From positions 39,220,847-39,265,972 of the forward strand of contig NC_068993.1 of the NCBI RefSeq assembly GCF_001194135.2: a stretch of DNA of 45,126 nt, written 5' to 3'. Under the pieces are notes generated by a model. That model ran no database searches and was not told where the DNA came from. It saw only the letters and a list, made by a program, of their open reading frames with translations. The translations under genes were made by a program, and so were the position numbers. Below, in pieces: positions 1-11,181 of this stretch (positions are counted from its first letter, which is position 1; the number at the start of each line of letters is the position of its first letter). Source of the stretch: Octopus bimaculoides (lineage: Eukaryota).

Positions 1-46
1 TATATATATATATACACATATAGTATGTATACATATGTATATATAA

Positions 47-79
<33 letters not shown>

Positions 80-111
80 CACATATAGTATGTATACATA
101 TGTATATATAA

Positions 112-144
<33 letters not shown>

Positions 145-195
145 CACATATAGTATGTATACATATGTATATATATGTATATATATATATACATA

Positions 196-233
<38 letters not shown>

Positions 234-667
234 TGTATATATGTATATGTATAGGTGTATATATTTCTATATATTCACATGCACGTGCATGCGTACATGC
301 AATCAGGTATGTATAGACAGATAAAAATATGTGTGTATATGAATGTATTCATATATGAAATACATGCATATTTACATACATGTGTGTCCATGGCTGTTGA
401 GTGTGTACATAGCAAATTTTAAAGAGAAGTTTAAATTGTTCAGATCAAATAAAATATATTTAGAATATCATATGATACTGAATGGATGTAAAGGAAGAAA
501 TAATGCAACGAAATATACGTACACATATACATATACATACACACAGACAGATATTATACATTCGCAAACACACACATATGTACACAAATACATATATACA
601 TACATGCATACATACATACACAGATGCATAATACATATAGACATGCATACAAATATGTATACATACA

Positions 668-723
<56 letters not shown>

Positions 724-845
724 CACGTATCTAAATATAAATTTATATATATATATATGTATATATCTAAATTTCTTTTTAAACTTTGTTATAAACAGTC
801 ATACAACAGGCACACGCACACATGCACACACACATATATGTATTG
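1..845. repeat. TA/CA-rich compound microsatellite containing a 65-bp tandem triplication
   Basis: Motif TAGTATGTATACATATG recurs at 21, 86 and 151 (period 65); (TA)n run at about 670-720. Confidence 0.9.
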
Positions 846-1254
846 AAGGAAAGTTTGAGAGAAAGGGAGATAGAATGGGGGAGAGAGAGAGGCAAAGAGA
901 GAGAAAAACACAAGAGGAAGAGAAATATTATATTTGATTTTGTACCATTAATACAATCTTTTTGCCAAATAAACATTCATTTTAAATTCTAAAATATCTT
1001 GTTTATTTCCCATTTCTTTACCTATTCAATTACTTTCTGCCATTAACTGTCTTGTGTTCCTTCTTTCTTTATGGCATATATTTGGTCTATTGCAGAGATT
1101 CTGTAGCAGACAGAGATCTCTCTTGCACAGAGAGGCTTGCTCTTTGACTCGAATTTTGATTTGAGGCTAGAATGTGGGTGGAGAGATGACAGATGCTGTT
1201 AGTATTGATGGGTGGTAATGGTAATGCCGGGTGGGCGAGGTGTGAGTGTTGATT

Positions 1255-1700
1255 GCAGTGGTGGTGGTGGTGGTGGTGATGGCATGTGGAAGGGTAGAAT
1301 ATATGAATGAAAGAGATGGATATGAATGAAGAACGAGAAGAAGAAGAAGGCGGATGAGGGGTTGGCGGCGGCGGCTCTGGTGGTGAAAAAAAGATTATGA
1401 TGATGATGATGGTGGTGATGATGATGAGGAGGAGGAGGTGGAGGTGATGATGATGAGGAGGAGGAGGTGGAAGTGATGATGATGAGGAGGAGGGGTGATG
1501 GTGATGATGAGGAAGAGGAGGAGGAGGTGATGATGAGGAGGAGGAGGAAGAGGAGAAAGAGGAAGAGAATGGAAAGGAAGAAAAAAAGAAGTCAGAGGAG
1601 GTGATGGAAAATCAGGAGAAGGAGGAGAAAGAATGAAGAAAGAGAAGAAGGAGGAAGAGAAGGAAGGAAGAAGATGAAAAAAGAAAAAGAAGCAGAAGAA
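1255..1700. repeat. Purine-rich low-complexity tract (GGT/GAT/GAG/GAA triplets)
   Basis: Successive degenerate trinucleotide runs seen directly. Confidence 0.85.
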
Positions 1701-2089
1701 GAAGAATCTAGAAAGAAGAACTCAGTAAGGAATTCTAAAAGAAGAAAGGTGAAAAGTCAGAGAAAAGCAGGAATACCGAAGAGAAACCATGACAACAAGC
1801 ATCACAACAAAGGTAAAAAAAAACTCTATATGAGATGGGAGAAAAGTATGACCCAAGTACAACAGCAATATCAATAACAATGAATAAGAAGTACAACAGC
1901 AACACGAAAGCAATATTCAAAATTGATGGAAAGAGAAAAGGAAGAAGAGGACGGGCAGAATAATGAGCTGGTGGATGATGGGTAAAAGGAGCGGTGGTAA
2001 TTGGGTACTGAGTATAAGAAAGAAAGGGTAGACGAATGAGATTTTGTGTGTGTGTATATAGGTAAGTAGGTATATATGTATGGGCATCA

Positions 2090-2345
2090 TGTCTAGTAGT
2101 GGTCTGCCCTTGGGCAAGTCTTATGCATGTGAACCTTCTCCAGCACTCCTTTCTCCAGAACCTTCTCTGTAGCCTCCACTGATGACATTAGGTAGACAAC
2201 TGGTGTTATGGCCATCCGAGACTAGATTTGGGATAAATACTGATGTGGTTTCCTGTTGCCTTCTCCATGCAGGTTGTGGGATTTGAACTCGGAATGAAGA
2301 GAGCTGGAAGATATAACATGTCAACAATTTTGTCACTCTCCCACC
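2090..2345 (-). mobile_element. Diverged tRNA-derived SINE-like element
   Basis: Reverse strand has ...CTCTTCATTCCGAGTTCAAATCCC (B-box-like head resembling SINE family A) followed by a different body. Confidence 0.35.
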
Positions 2346-2487
2346 TGCATGTATGTATGTTTATGTGTGTGTGTATATATATACGCATATATACACACAT
2401 ATATATACACATATATATATATATACACATATATGCACATATATGTACATATATGTGTATATATGTGTGTGTGTGTGTATATATATG

Positions 2488-2521
<34 letters not shown>

Positions 2522-2598
2522 CATATATGCACATATGTATGTATAGGTGTGTATATATGTATGTGTGTGTATATATATATATATGCATATTATGTGTG

Positions 2599-2654
<56 letters not shown>

Positions 2655-2956
2655 AGTATATATGTGTGTGCATATTTGTACTTATACACACTCTCATATT
2701 CACATACACACACACATGGGCATATACGTATCCATTCATGTATGTATTACATTTAAAATAATTTTTATTCACAGTTTCAAATCCCAGATTACCAGTTTGA
2801 TCTTTACTTGTTTACAAATTTTTTATCTGTAGTTATTCTAAAACTGAAATTTCATGGCAAAATAAATTAAAATAAAATTTTCAATCCATATATATGCACA
2901 CAAACATACATTTATGCCTGCTTAGAAAAATATATACACACATGTGTATATGTATA

Positions 2957-3009
<53 letters not shown>
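2346..3009. repeat. TA/TG microsatellite field
   Basis: Long (TA)n and (TATG) runs ending at a gap. Confidence 0.85.
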
Positions 3010-3448
3010 NNNNNNNNNNNNNNNNNNNNNNNNNNNNNNNNNNNNNNNNNNNNNNNNNNNNNNNNNNNNNNNNNNNNNNNNNNNNNNNNNNNNNNNNNNN
3101 NNNNNNNNNNNNNNNNNNNNNNNNNNNNNNNNNNNNNNNNNNNNNNNNNNNNNNNNNNNNNNNNNNNNNNNNNNNNNNNNNNNNNNNNNNNNNNNNNNNN
3201 NNNNNNNNNNNNNNNNNNNNNNNNNNNNNNNNNNNNNNNNNNNNNNNNNNNNNNNNNNNNNNNNNNNNNNNNNNNNNNNNNNNNNNNNNNNNNNNNNNNN
3301 NNNNNNNNNNNNNNNNNNNNNNNNNNNNNNNNNNNNNNNNNNNNNNNNNNNNNNNNNNNNNNNNNNNNNNNNNNNNNNNNNNNNNNNNNNNNNNNNNNNN
3401 NNNNNNNNNNNNNNNNNNNNNNNNNNNNNNNNNNNNNNNNNNNNNNNN

Positions 3449-3511
<63 letters not shown>

Positions 3512-3984
3512 GTCATTATCATTATTATTGCTGATGTTGTTTGATTTATGACATAGGAAACAATGAAGTTATTTTTGTTTGTTTGTTCATTGCCCAAAAA
3601 ATTATTGCAATTTGCTGGAATTCTGTAAGGAGTCTTCTACCCCAGAGATACGTCTCTGGGATAGCATGTAGTCCCTTAAGCCAGCAAGAAAGAACAGCCA
3701 GAAATTTCCCGCAAATCACTCCCATCCTACTGTCCTATAAGAAATAGGAAGGACATGTTGGACAATGTAGCTAATTCCTTGATATAGAATATGATAGGAC
3801 TGTCAAATTAGGAACCTCTTTGACCATTAATTTGTTTGATCAAGGCTGACCAGGGCCAAACGACAACAGTCACAACAAAGCAGCCCATACCAGATAAGTT
3901 AATGAGATTAATTCTGGAGTAGATTATAGGATTATTGAAGTTCACCATATGTGCATGACACGCACTATATGTGCACCATATGTA

Positions 3985-4346
3985 CACTGTATGTGCATGA
4001 CATAGTGATCTCCTATCAAGATAAACAGAGCATGACCTTGCAGGTGGGGCCCAAGTAGAAATTTTTTCAGGTTGAGTAGCCCATCACACTCAAAAGGTTC
4101 TTAAATAGGGGTTGTTTAAGGATGTTGAACGAAACACCTATGTTTCCAGAGGTGAATTATTCAAGCCCCAAAGAATTCTTCTCAACACCATGACTATGAT
4201 GCTTCCCCACTACTTCTGCTCGTGATCAGAGATGCACATATCGTCAGCCACCAAGGGACATGCTCAACTGTTTAAGGTCAAACAACTGACAAGCAAATAT
4301 CTGGTATTGAGCAGAATATTTGCTGTAACCCATCTTTTATACCAAG
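3985..4346. repeat. Interspersed repeat, copy A of an adjacent direct pair
   Basis: Shares blocks such as CAAGATAAACAG, GATCAGAGATGCACATATCGTCAG and GAGCAGAATATTTGCTGTA with 4376-4912. Confidence 0.8.
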
Positions 4347-4375
4347 AATATTATTATTATTATTATTATTATTGA

Positions 4376-4909
4376 GTGGGAGAGCAGTGCATGCCATCAA
4401 AATGACACTTGGGTCAAATATATGAAGTCCAGTATACCCATCATACCCAATAAGAATACTCCAGGCACATGCATCACAACCATATGTGTGCAACATAGTG
4501 GTCTCATATCAAGATAAACAGTGCATGACCTCACATGTGGGGCCCAGTTAGAATTTTCTTCAGGTCGAGTAGCCCATCCCACTCAAATAAGGTTTGTTTA
4601 AGGATGTTGAGCAAAACACCAATGTTTCCAAAGGTGAATTATCCAAACCCCAAAGAATTCCTCCCAACACATGGCTATGATGCTCCCCCACTACTTCTTC
4701 TCATGATCAGAGATGCACATATCGTCAGTCACCAAGGGACATGTTCAACTGGTTATGGTCAAACAACTGACAAGCAAATCTGTGGTATTGAGCAGAATAT
4801 TTGCTGTAGCCCATCTTTTTATACCAAGACAAAACAATGTTTATGATAACACTTCCAATCAGTTAAGATCAGAAGCCATGAGAGCCACTGCCTGGTACTG
4901 CATCCGGGC

Positions 4910-4912
<3 letters not shown>
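4376..4912. repeat. Interspersed repeat, copy B (longer), bounded by (TTA)n tracts
   Basis: Direct homology to 3985-4346; (TTA)n on both sides. Confidence 0.8.
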
Positions 4913-4961
<49 letters not shown>

Positions 4962-5730
4962 GTTATTGTTGTTGTTGTTGTTATTATTATCATTGTTGTT
5001 CTTGTTGTTGTTGTTTCCAAATCCTGCTCCTCAGAACATCAAGCTTCCAGAATTCCTTTTCCTCCATTTAAAAAAATTTTTTTTAAATATATATTTTTAG
5101 TTCCTGCAATAATAAGTCTTGCAGCTGTTTACGATAACCATCAACCATATTAATCTCACCAGCCTTGGAGGTCTCAGAAGAACTGTGAAGGCCACTGACA
5201 CAGTCAGCTCCTCCTTGAAAAAAACATAAAAAAGCAGCTACACTCCGGATATAATAATGATCTGAATAAATGAAAATCAGCTCATGAAATTTATAAGTTC
5301 AAACAAATACAAATTCCTGCTTTAAAGTATTACAAAGTTTATAACATGGTAACACATTAATTTATTCCATATATATACTCACACACACACACACACACAC
5401 ATATATATGACAGGCTACTTTCAATGGCACTGAGCCTGAACCATGTGGTTAAGAAGCAAGCATCTTACTATGCAGCTACACCTGTGCCTGTATGTTTACA
5501 TGTATACGTCTATGATACCTATANNNNNNNNNNNNNNNNNNNNNNNNNNNNNNNNNNNNNNNNNNNNNNNNNNNNNNNNNNNNNNNNNNNNNNNNNNNNN
5601 NNNNNNNNNNNNNNNNNNNNNNNAAAAAAATTTTTAAGGATGGGGAGGGGTTGGGTTACGTCTGCCATGTGCACCAAGTATTTATTGCATGTCCAACCTC
5701 AGAAGCACCACACACCACTGGTAGAGCAGT

Positions 5731-5858
5731 ATATATCAAAAATGGGGAAGGCCGGTTTATGAGATTACCTTAGATTTCCTGTCCATAAAGCTAAACCCTT
5801 TATGGATGGGAAACCTAAGGTAATCCCGTAAACTGGCCTTCCCCATTTTTCATATATA
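5731..5858. mobile_element. Palindromic MITE-like hairpin element in TA context
   Basis: 53-bp arms (5738-5790 and 5798-5850) with 6 mismatches, 7-nt loop CTAAACC, TA runs on both flanks. Confidence 0.7.
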
Positions 5859-6799
5859 TATATATATATATATATATTTATCTAGCTGAAAGTGAATCAA
5901 CTTGCATATGGCTGATAGGTATGTACCTGTACATAGGTCCAGTGATGTACTAGTACTGCAATGAACAGAGTGGCATTTGGTTTCATTTCTTACTGCATTT
6001 TCATCTGGGTTTAAATATTATTGAGGTCAGATTTTTGCCTTTCATCCTTCAGGGATTCAATAATAGTAATCTTATTCATATATCTATATCTATATCTCTT
6101 TGAATTCTAGTGATTAACAGCTTTTGCTATGTATTAATATAGATGCATGTCATTTTTAAGATTTATTGCCAATAGAGAAAGAGCTAGTATCTAATCTAGA
6201 TCCAAGGCTCCTACATTGGAATTTCAATATCAACAACAGGGTATTTTTGTATGTATGTATGTATGTATACGTGCAGATTTGTATGTTGTTTTATGTATGT
6301 CTTCTCATGCATATATTTGCATATCTAGACATGCTCATATATACTTAAATGATAAACTTCTGGAAGGTTTTACAGACTCTTACAGTTCCGGTGATAGATT
6401 AGATCTGTGGTCTTTGAATCAGCTATGTATGTATGCATGTACATACATATATGCGTGTATATGTGTGTACATGTATATGTATATTTATATTTAATTATCT
6501 CGCTGTTTATAAATATCCATGCTTATTCATAGCTACATACACACACACTTACACATATACATGTGTGTATGTATGTGTGTTTTGGCAAAAATAAGATATT
6601 AAGAGCAATCTAATCAATCCTAATCCTTTCCAAGAAAATATAACCCTGCACACATGTCAGAATTTAAAATTAAAGAGAAAGGTTCAAATATTAGTAAGGT
6701 CACCTGTGCTTTTCATCATAACGAAGTCATTTAATTATATAGCATTGAAGCCTGTTAAATGACTACAGGAATCACTCAGAAAAGAGTATGGCATATTGG

Positions 6800-7015
6800 T
6801 TTAAAATGTGGCACAAGGCCAGTATAATTTCAGGAGAGGGTGGCAAGTTGATTACATCGATTCCAGTATTCAACAGGTACTTATTTTATCCACCCTGAAA
6901 AAGAAAAATGGAAAGCAAAGTCGCCCTCGGCAAAATTTGAACTCAACGTAAAGACATGAAATGCCATTAAACATTTAGTCTGATGTCCTAACGATTCTAT
7001 CAGCTTACTGCTTTA
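6800..7015 (-). mobile_element. tRNA-derived SINE family A
   Basis: Reverse complement of the family motifs GAGTTCAAAT, GACTTTGC, ATAAAATAAGTACC and GGCCTTGTGCC. Confidence 0.75.
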
Positions 7016-7075
7016 ATAACAATAATAATAATTATGATAATGATGATAACGATGATGAACATGATGATGATGATG

Positions 7076-7141
<66 letters not shown>

Positions 7142-7160
7142 GATAGATAGATAGATAGAT
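7016..7160. repeat. (AAT)n/(GAT)n/(AGAT)n microsatellites
   Basis: Seen directly. Confidence 0.9.
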
Positions 7161-7250
7161 AAGATCCCAGGAGAACCATGTCTCAGAGAAAACCAAAAGA
7201 GTGTATTGACAAGTACTAGCCACATCCTTAGAAAAACCCTATTCAATTAA
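7161..7250 (+). pseudogene. C-terminal tail of an RLE-type (R4/NeSL/Hero-like) non-LTR retrotransposon ORF, 5'-truncated
   Basis: Translates KIPGEPCLRENQKSVLTSTSHILRKTLFN*, matching the IPG.P...E.QK.VL..T.HILR..L* end of such elements and the copy at 30133-30320. Confidence 0.6.
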
Positions 7251-7404
7251 ATGTCTGTTGTATTACATGAAGATATTTCGCCACTCCCCCCAAGCTTTCA
7301 GTCATACTGTAACATCTCTTATCCTTCACTCACCCTAGGACATTGGGTGCGTCTTGGCAAGTGACATTAACAAACATGCATATAAAAAGTAAGATGATAA
7401 TTAT

Positions 7405-7625
7405 AATAACCCTTTCTCTTGAAGGCACAACACCAGCAATTTCAGAGGAGGGTGTTGAGTTGATTACATTGACCTCTGTGTTCAGCTGGTACTTATTTTA
7501 TCCACCCTGAAAAAGACAAAATGCAAAGTCGACCTTGGCAGAATTTGAACTCATACCGTAAAGCAGATGAAATTCCACTAAGCATTTTGCCTGGCATGCT
7601 AACGGTTCTGTGAGCTTGCTGCCTT
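7405..7625 (-). mobile_element. tRNA-derived SINE family A
   Basis: GGTACTTATTTTATC, CAAAGTCGACCTTGGCAGAATTTGAACTC on the + strand. Confidence 0.8.
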
Positions 7626-7628
7626 AAT

Positions 7629-7668
<40 letters not shown>

Positions 7669-7928
7669 NNNNNNNNNNNNNNNNNNNNNNNNNNNNNNNN
7701 NNNNNNNNNNNNNNNNNNNNNNNNNNNNNNNNNNNNNNNNNNNNNNNNNNNNNNNNNNNNNNNNNNNNNNNNNNNNNNNNNNNNNNNNNNNNNNNNNNNN
7801 NNNNNNNNNNNNNNNNNNNNNNNNNNNNNNNNNNNNNNNNNNNNNNNNNNNNNNNNNNNNNNNNNNNNNNNNNNNNNNNNNNNNNNNNNNNNNNNNNNNN
7901 NNNNNNNNNNNNNNNNNNNNNNNNNNNN

Positions 7929-8208
7929 AAAAACACCATTCGAGCGTGGCCGTTGCCAGTGCCGCTGGACTGGCTCCCGTGCAGGTAGCACGCAAAAACA
8001 CCTTTTGAGCGTGGTCGTTGCCAGAACCGCCCTCGTGCTTGTGGCACGTAAAATCACCCACTACACTCTCAGAGTGTCTGGCGTTAGGAAGGGCATCCAG
8101 CTATAGAAACTTTGCCAGATTAGATTGAGCCTGGTGAAGCCTCTGGCTCACCAGTCCTCAGTCAAACCAGCCAACATGGAAAGCGGACGTAAAACGATGA
8201 TGATGATG
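7929..8208 (+). mobile_element. Non-autonomous retroelement with internal tandem units and an RTE-type (GAT)n tail
   Basis: Ends CATGGAAAGCGGACGTAAAACGATGATGATG; contains GTTAGGAAGGGCATCCAG; same family in reverse at 34645-35115. Confidence 0.7.
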
Positions 8209-8766
8209 AATAACGATTTCATTTATTTGCATGGTTTTATAACAATCAGTGAAGTATTGGTGTTGATATAATCAACAGTAATCCCGCCCTGACGATTTTC
8301 TAAACATTTCCAGTATCCCATAGTTAATGCATGTGTATTATTAAATGCTTGTAGCTGCGATATATTGTCTCAAAGAGGTCCCTTTAAAGACATATAGTGT
8401 TAAAAAAACGCAGTATACTTTAAAGCTAGGTAGAATGAAAACGCCCCGGGAGCGAAGAAGGATAACATATGAGGTCTGGTCAAAAAGCATGAGGACTGAT
8501 GCTATGAAGAAAACATCTATTAGGCGTTTAAATCTTCTTCAAAGTAGTCCCCTACAGAAGCCACACACTTTATCCTGCATCTTTTCCATAGATGGTAACT
8601 TTCATGGAACTCCGTTTTGGGGATAACAAGCAGATGCGTGGTCACATTCTCTTGGAATTTTTTCGACGTTTTCAAATCTTGTTCTATATTTGAGTGATGA
8701 GGAATTATGTACATTATTTACATTATTTACATTTGACGGATATTTGTCCTCATCTTGTTTGTTGTT

Positions 8767-8812
8767 AACACAACGTTTCGGCTGATGTACTCTCCAGCCT
8801 TCATCAGGTATT
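8767..8812 (-). ncRNA. Minimal type I hammerhead ribozyme motif
   Basis: Reverse complement AATAC-CTGATGA-A-GGCTG-gagagtacat-CAGCC-GAAACGTT-GTGTT; core intact, stems I and II pair. Confidence 0.7.
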
Positions 8813-8841
8813 TTAACCACTACGCCATATCCCCGTCTAAT

Positions 8842-8915
8842 GGGCATATGGCGTAGTGGTTAAGAGCGCGGGCTACTAACCACAAGATTCCGAGTTCAAT
8901 TCCAAGCAGTGACCT
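8842..8915 (+). promoter_or_regulatory. tRNA-like head with Pol III A and B boxes
   Basis: A box TGGCGTAGTGG (8849-8859), B-box-like AGTTCAATTCC (8893-8903), anticodon-arm-like GGGCTACTAACC. Confidence 0.7.
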
Positions 8916-9048
8916 GAACAATAATAATAATAATGATAATAATAATAATGATAATAATAATAATAATAATGATGATAATAACAATAATAATAATAACAGC
9001 ATTGAAAAATACCTTAGGAATGAGAACCCAGTTTCGAAATTCCCCCAA

Positions 9049-9094
9049 GATACCTGATGAAGGCTGGAGGGTATATCAGCCGAAACGTTGTGTT
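9049..9094 (+). ncRNA. Minimal type I hammerhead ribozyme motif
   Basis: GATAC-CTGATGA(9054-9060)-A-GGCTG-gagggtatat-CAGCC-GAAA(9082-9085)-CGTT-GTGTT; stem III is the palindrome ACGT; predicted cleavage after 9089 (GUU). Confidence 0.72.
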
Positions 9095-10268
9095 AACAAC
9101 AAACAAGATGAGGACAAATATCTGTCAAATGTAAATAATGTAAATAATGCTTTCAAATCTTGTTATGGCGTTCTACTGTGAAGACTGAGCCTTGGTTTTG
9201 GGGTCATAGCCTTAACACCCACGATTTATCACTTGATATGACCATTTTCAAAAAGCTTTCATCTTTCTCGACATAATTAAGGAAATCCTGAACAACAGAA
9301 TCCCGATCTTCCTTTTGAGATGACCACATTCTACACACTTTACTTCTAAGCACTGCTATAAACAACGGAAGAGGGTGAGCAGGTTGTAACTTAGAGTCAA
9401 GCGTAACAAGTTAGAAGGTCAATCTGTGCCAAGCAACTTCACACTGCATGCTTTAGCTCCGTTATCAAAGCAATAATCCTAATAATTTTAATTACACCTT
9501 GTATATCGATATTTCACACTATTTTCTATGCATCAGTGCCAAATATTCTCCTTGGGGCCTCTTTCAGACGAAATACTGCAGCAACAAGCATTTAACAACA
9601 CACATACATTAAGCATGTGATATTTGTATGGTTTTGTAGTATTCTTTTTCTTCTTTAGATAATGTACGCCATAGATGCATTTGTCTGTTCATAAATGCCA
9701 TAAGGCATGGTTTCTTGGAACAGTGTTATAGCATACCAGACGATAGGATAGGTTGATAACTCTTAGCTCAATTCGCTTTCATTTCTTACAAAATGCTGTT
9801 TTGTTTTTATATCTTCACAATCCTTCTCACGGCATAGTCTAGTGGATTCTAAAAAAATAGTATCAACTGTAATATTTGATTTGTATTTCATTTAGCAACT
9901 CTGGGGACATGCAACACAAAGTTGCTCCTAGCAGGATCTGAACTCAGAATCAGAACGTAGAAACCTAGAACAGCAAGGAAACAGTCCAAAATGCTTAAAA
10001 CAATTCTGGCCAATGAACCACCACATTCGTTCTGATGTTAGGAAACCGATATTAAAGAGAAGGCTTTATACATGAATCATCTCAGACGATGTCTGTACTG
10101 GAATATACGAAAAATGGTGCCCGTGCCAAGTGAGAAGTTACAGACTTCTGAAACATTAGTCTAATACACTCTATCGAATCATCTCATCCATCAGAGGTTC
10201 TTGATGATGTTGTAATAAATACACATATACATACATGTACAAACACACACATACACATAATACGATAC

Positions 10269-10315
<47 letters not shown>

Positions 10316-10693
10316 GAATGTATGTATGTGTGTGTATATATATTTATATATACATACATATATACATATAGATGTATATATACACACACGCACNNNNNNN
10401 NNNNNNNNNNNNNNNNNNNNNNNNNNNNNNNNNNNNNNNNNNNNNNNNNNNNNNNNNNNNNNNNNNNNNNNNNNNNNNNNNNNNNNNNNNNNNNNNNNNN
10501 NNNNNNNNNNNNNNNNNNNNNNNNNNNNNNNNNNNNNNNNNNNNNNNNNNNNNNNNNNNNNNNNNNNNNNNNTTAACTATCAGAAATTTGGAAACTGAGC
10601 TCATTTTTTTTTTCATAAATTGTCGCGAGGGCCAACATTTCAAAATGATATTGTAAGCATTATTTTATTGTCACTGTTTTTTTATTGTTATTG

Positions 10694-10750
<57 letters not shown>

Positions 10751-11181
10751 CATTATTATCATTATTATCATTATTATTATTATTATTATTATTATCTGGG
10801 CGGATAGTTGGCAGAATTGTTTGAATGCCTTGTGGTATTTGTTCCAGCTCTTTACGTTCTGAGTTCACGTTCCATTAAGGTCAACTCTGCATTCCAGAGT
10901 CAATAAAATGAAGAACCGGTGAAGTAGTGGTATAGACCTAATCACCTCGTCCCAACCTCCTTTAAAATACTTACCCTTGTGTCTTAAGCAGAAACCATTA
11001 TTATTGTAGTAATAGTAGTAGTAGTAGCGGCAGCAGCAGTCATTGTTGTTGTAGCAGCTTTTGCTGTTGTTTTTGTTTAGCCCCGAGTTAATCACGATCG
11101 AACATACTGCAACCATCTCGTCATTTTCCTAGACCTATTCCTTTTTATGTATGCTAGCAAAGATGTTAAAAAAATAATTAA

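Larger units (their letters stand above)
8684..9150. mobile_element. Composite head-to-head insertion of a tRNA-head/(AAT)n/hammerhead-tail element
   Basis: Flanked by direct TTTCAAATCTTGTT at 8670-8683 and 9151-9164; left arm about 8711-8810 is the reverse complement of about 9051-9149. Confidence 0.8.
8468..9503 (-). mobile_element. Internally deleted mariner-like transposon, interrupted by the hammerhead element
   Basis: Minus-strand peptides DESFLKMVISSDKSWV/GYDPKTKAQSSQ (about 9175-9270) and RFENVEKI/QENVTTHLLVIPKTEFHESYHLWKRCRIKCVASVGDYFEED (about 8530-8683). Degenerate TIRs TATGAGGTCTGGTCAAAAAGCATGAGGAC and (reverse) TACAAGGTGTAATTAAAATTATTAGGAT, with TA at both ends. Confidence 0.8.

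Noticed and set aside
1390-1877. Acidic or Lys-rich reading frames in the GA-rich tract
   Set aside because: Stops interrupt the frames, there are no convincing splice signals, and the tract is explained by triplet slippage.
343-3597. Long ORFs rich in YI/HT/VC dipeptides (also near 17, 27-28, 37 and 41 kb)
   Set aside because: They are translations of TA/CA microsatellites and N gaps, not proteins.
8842-8915. Possible tRNA-Ser gene
   Set aside because: A and B boxes are present but the acceptor stem and T arm do not pair properly, and it runs into (AAT)n and the element tail, so it is a SINE-type head.
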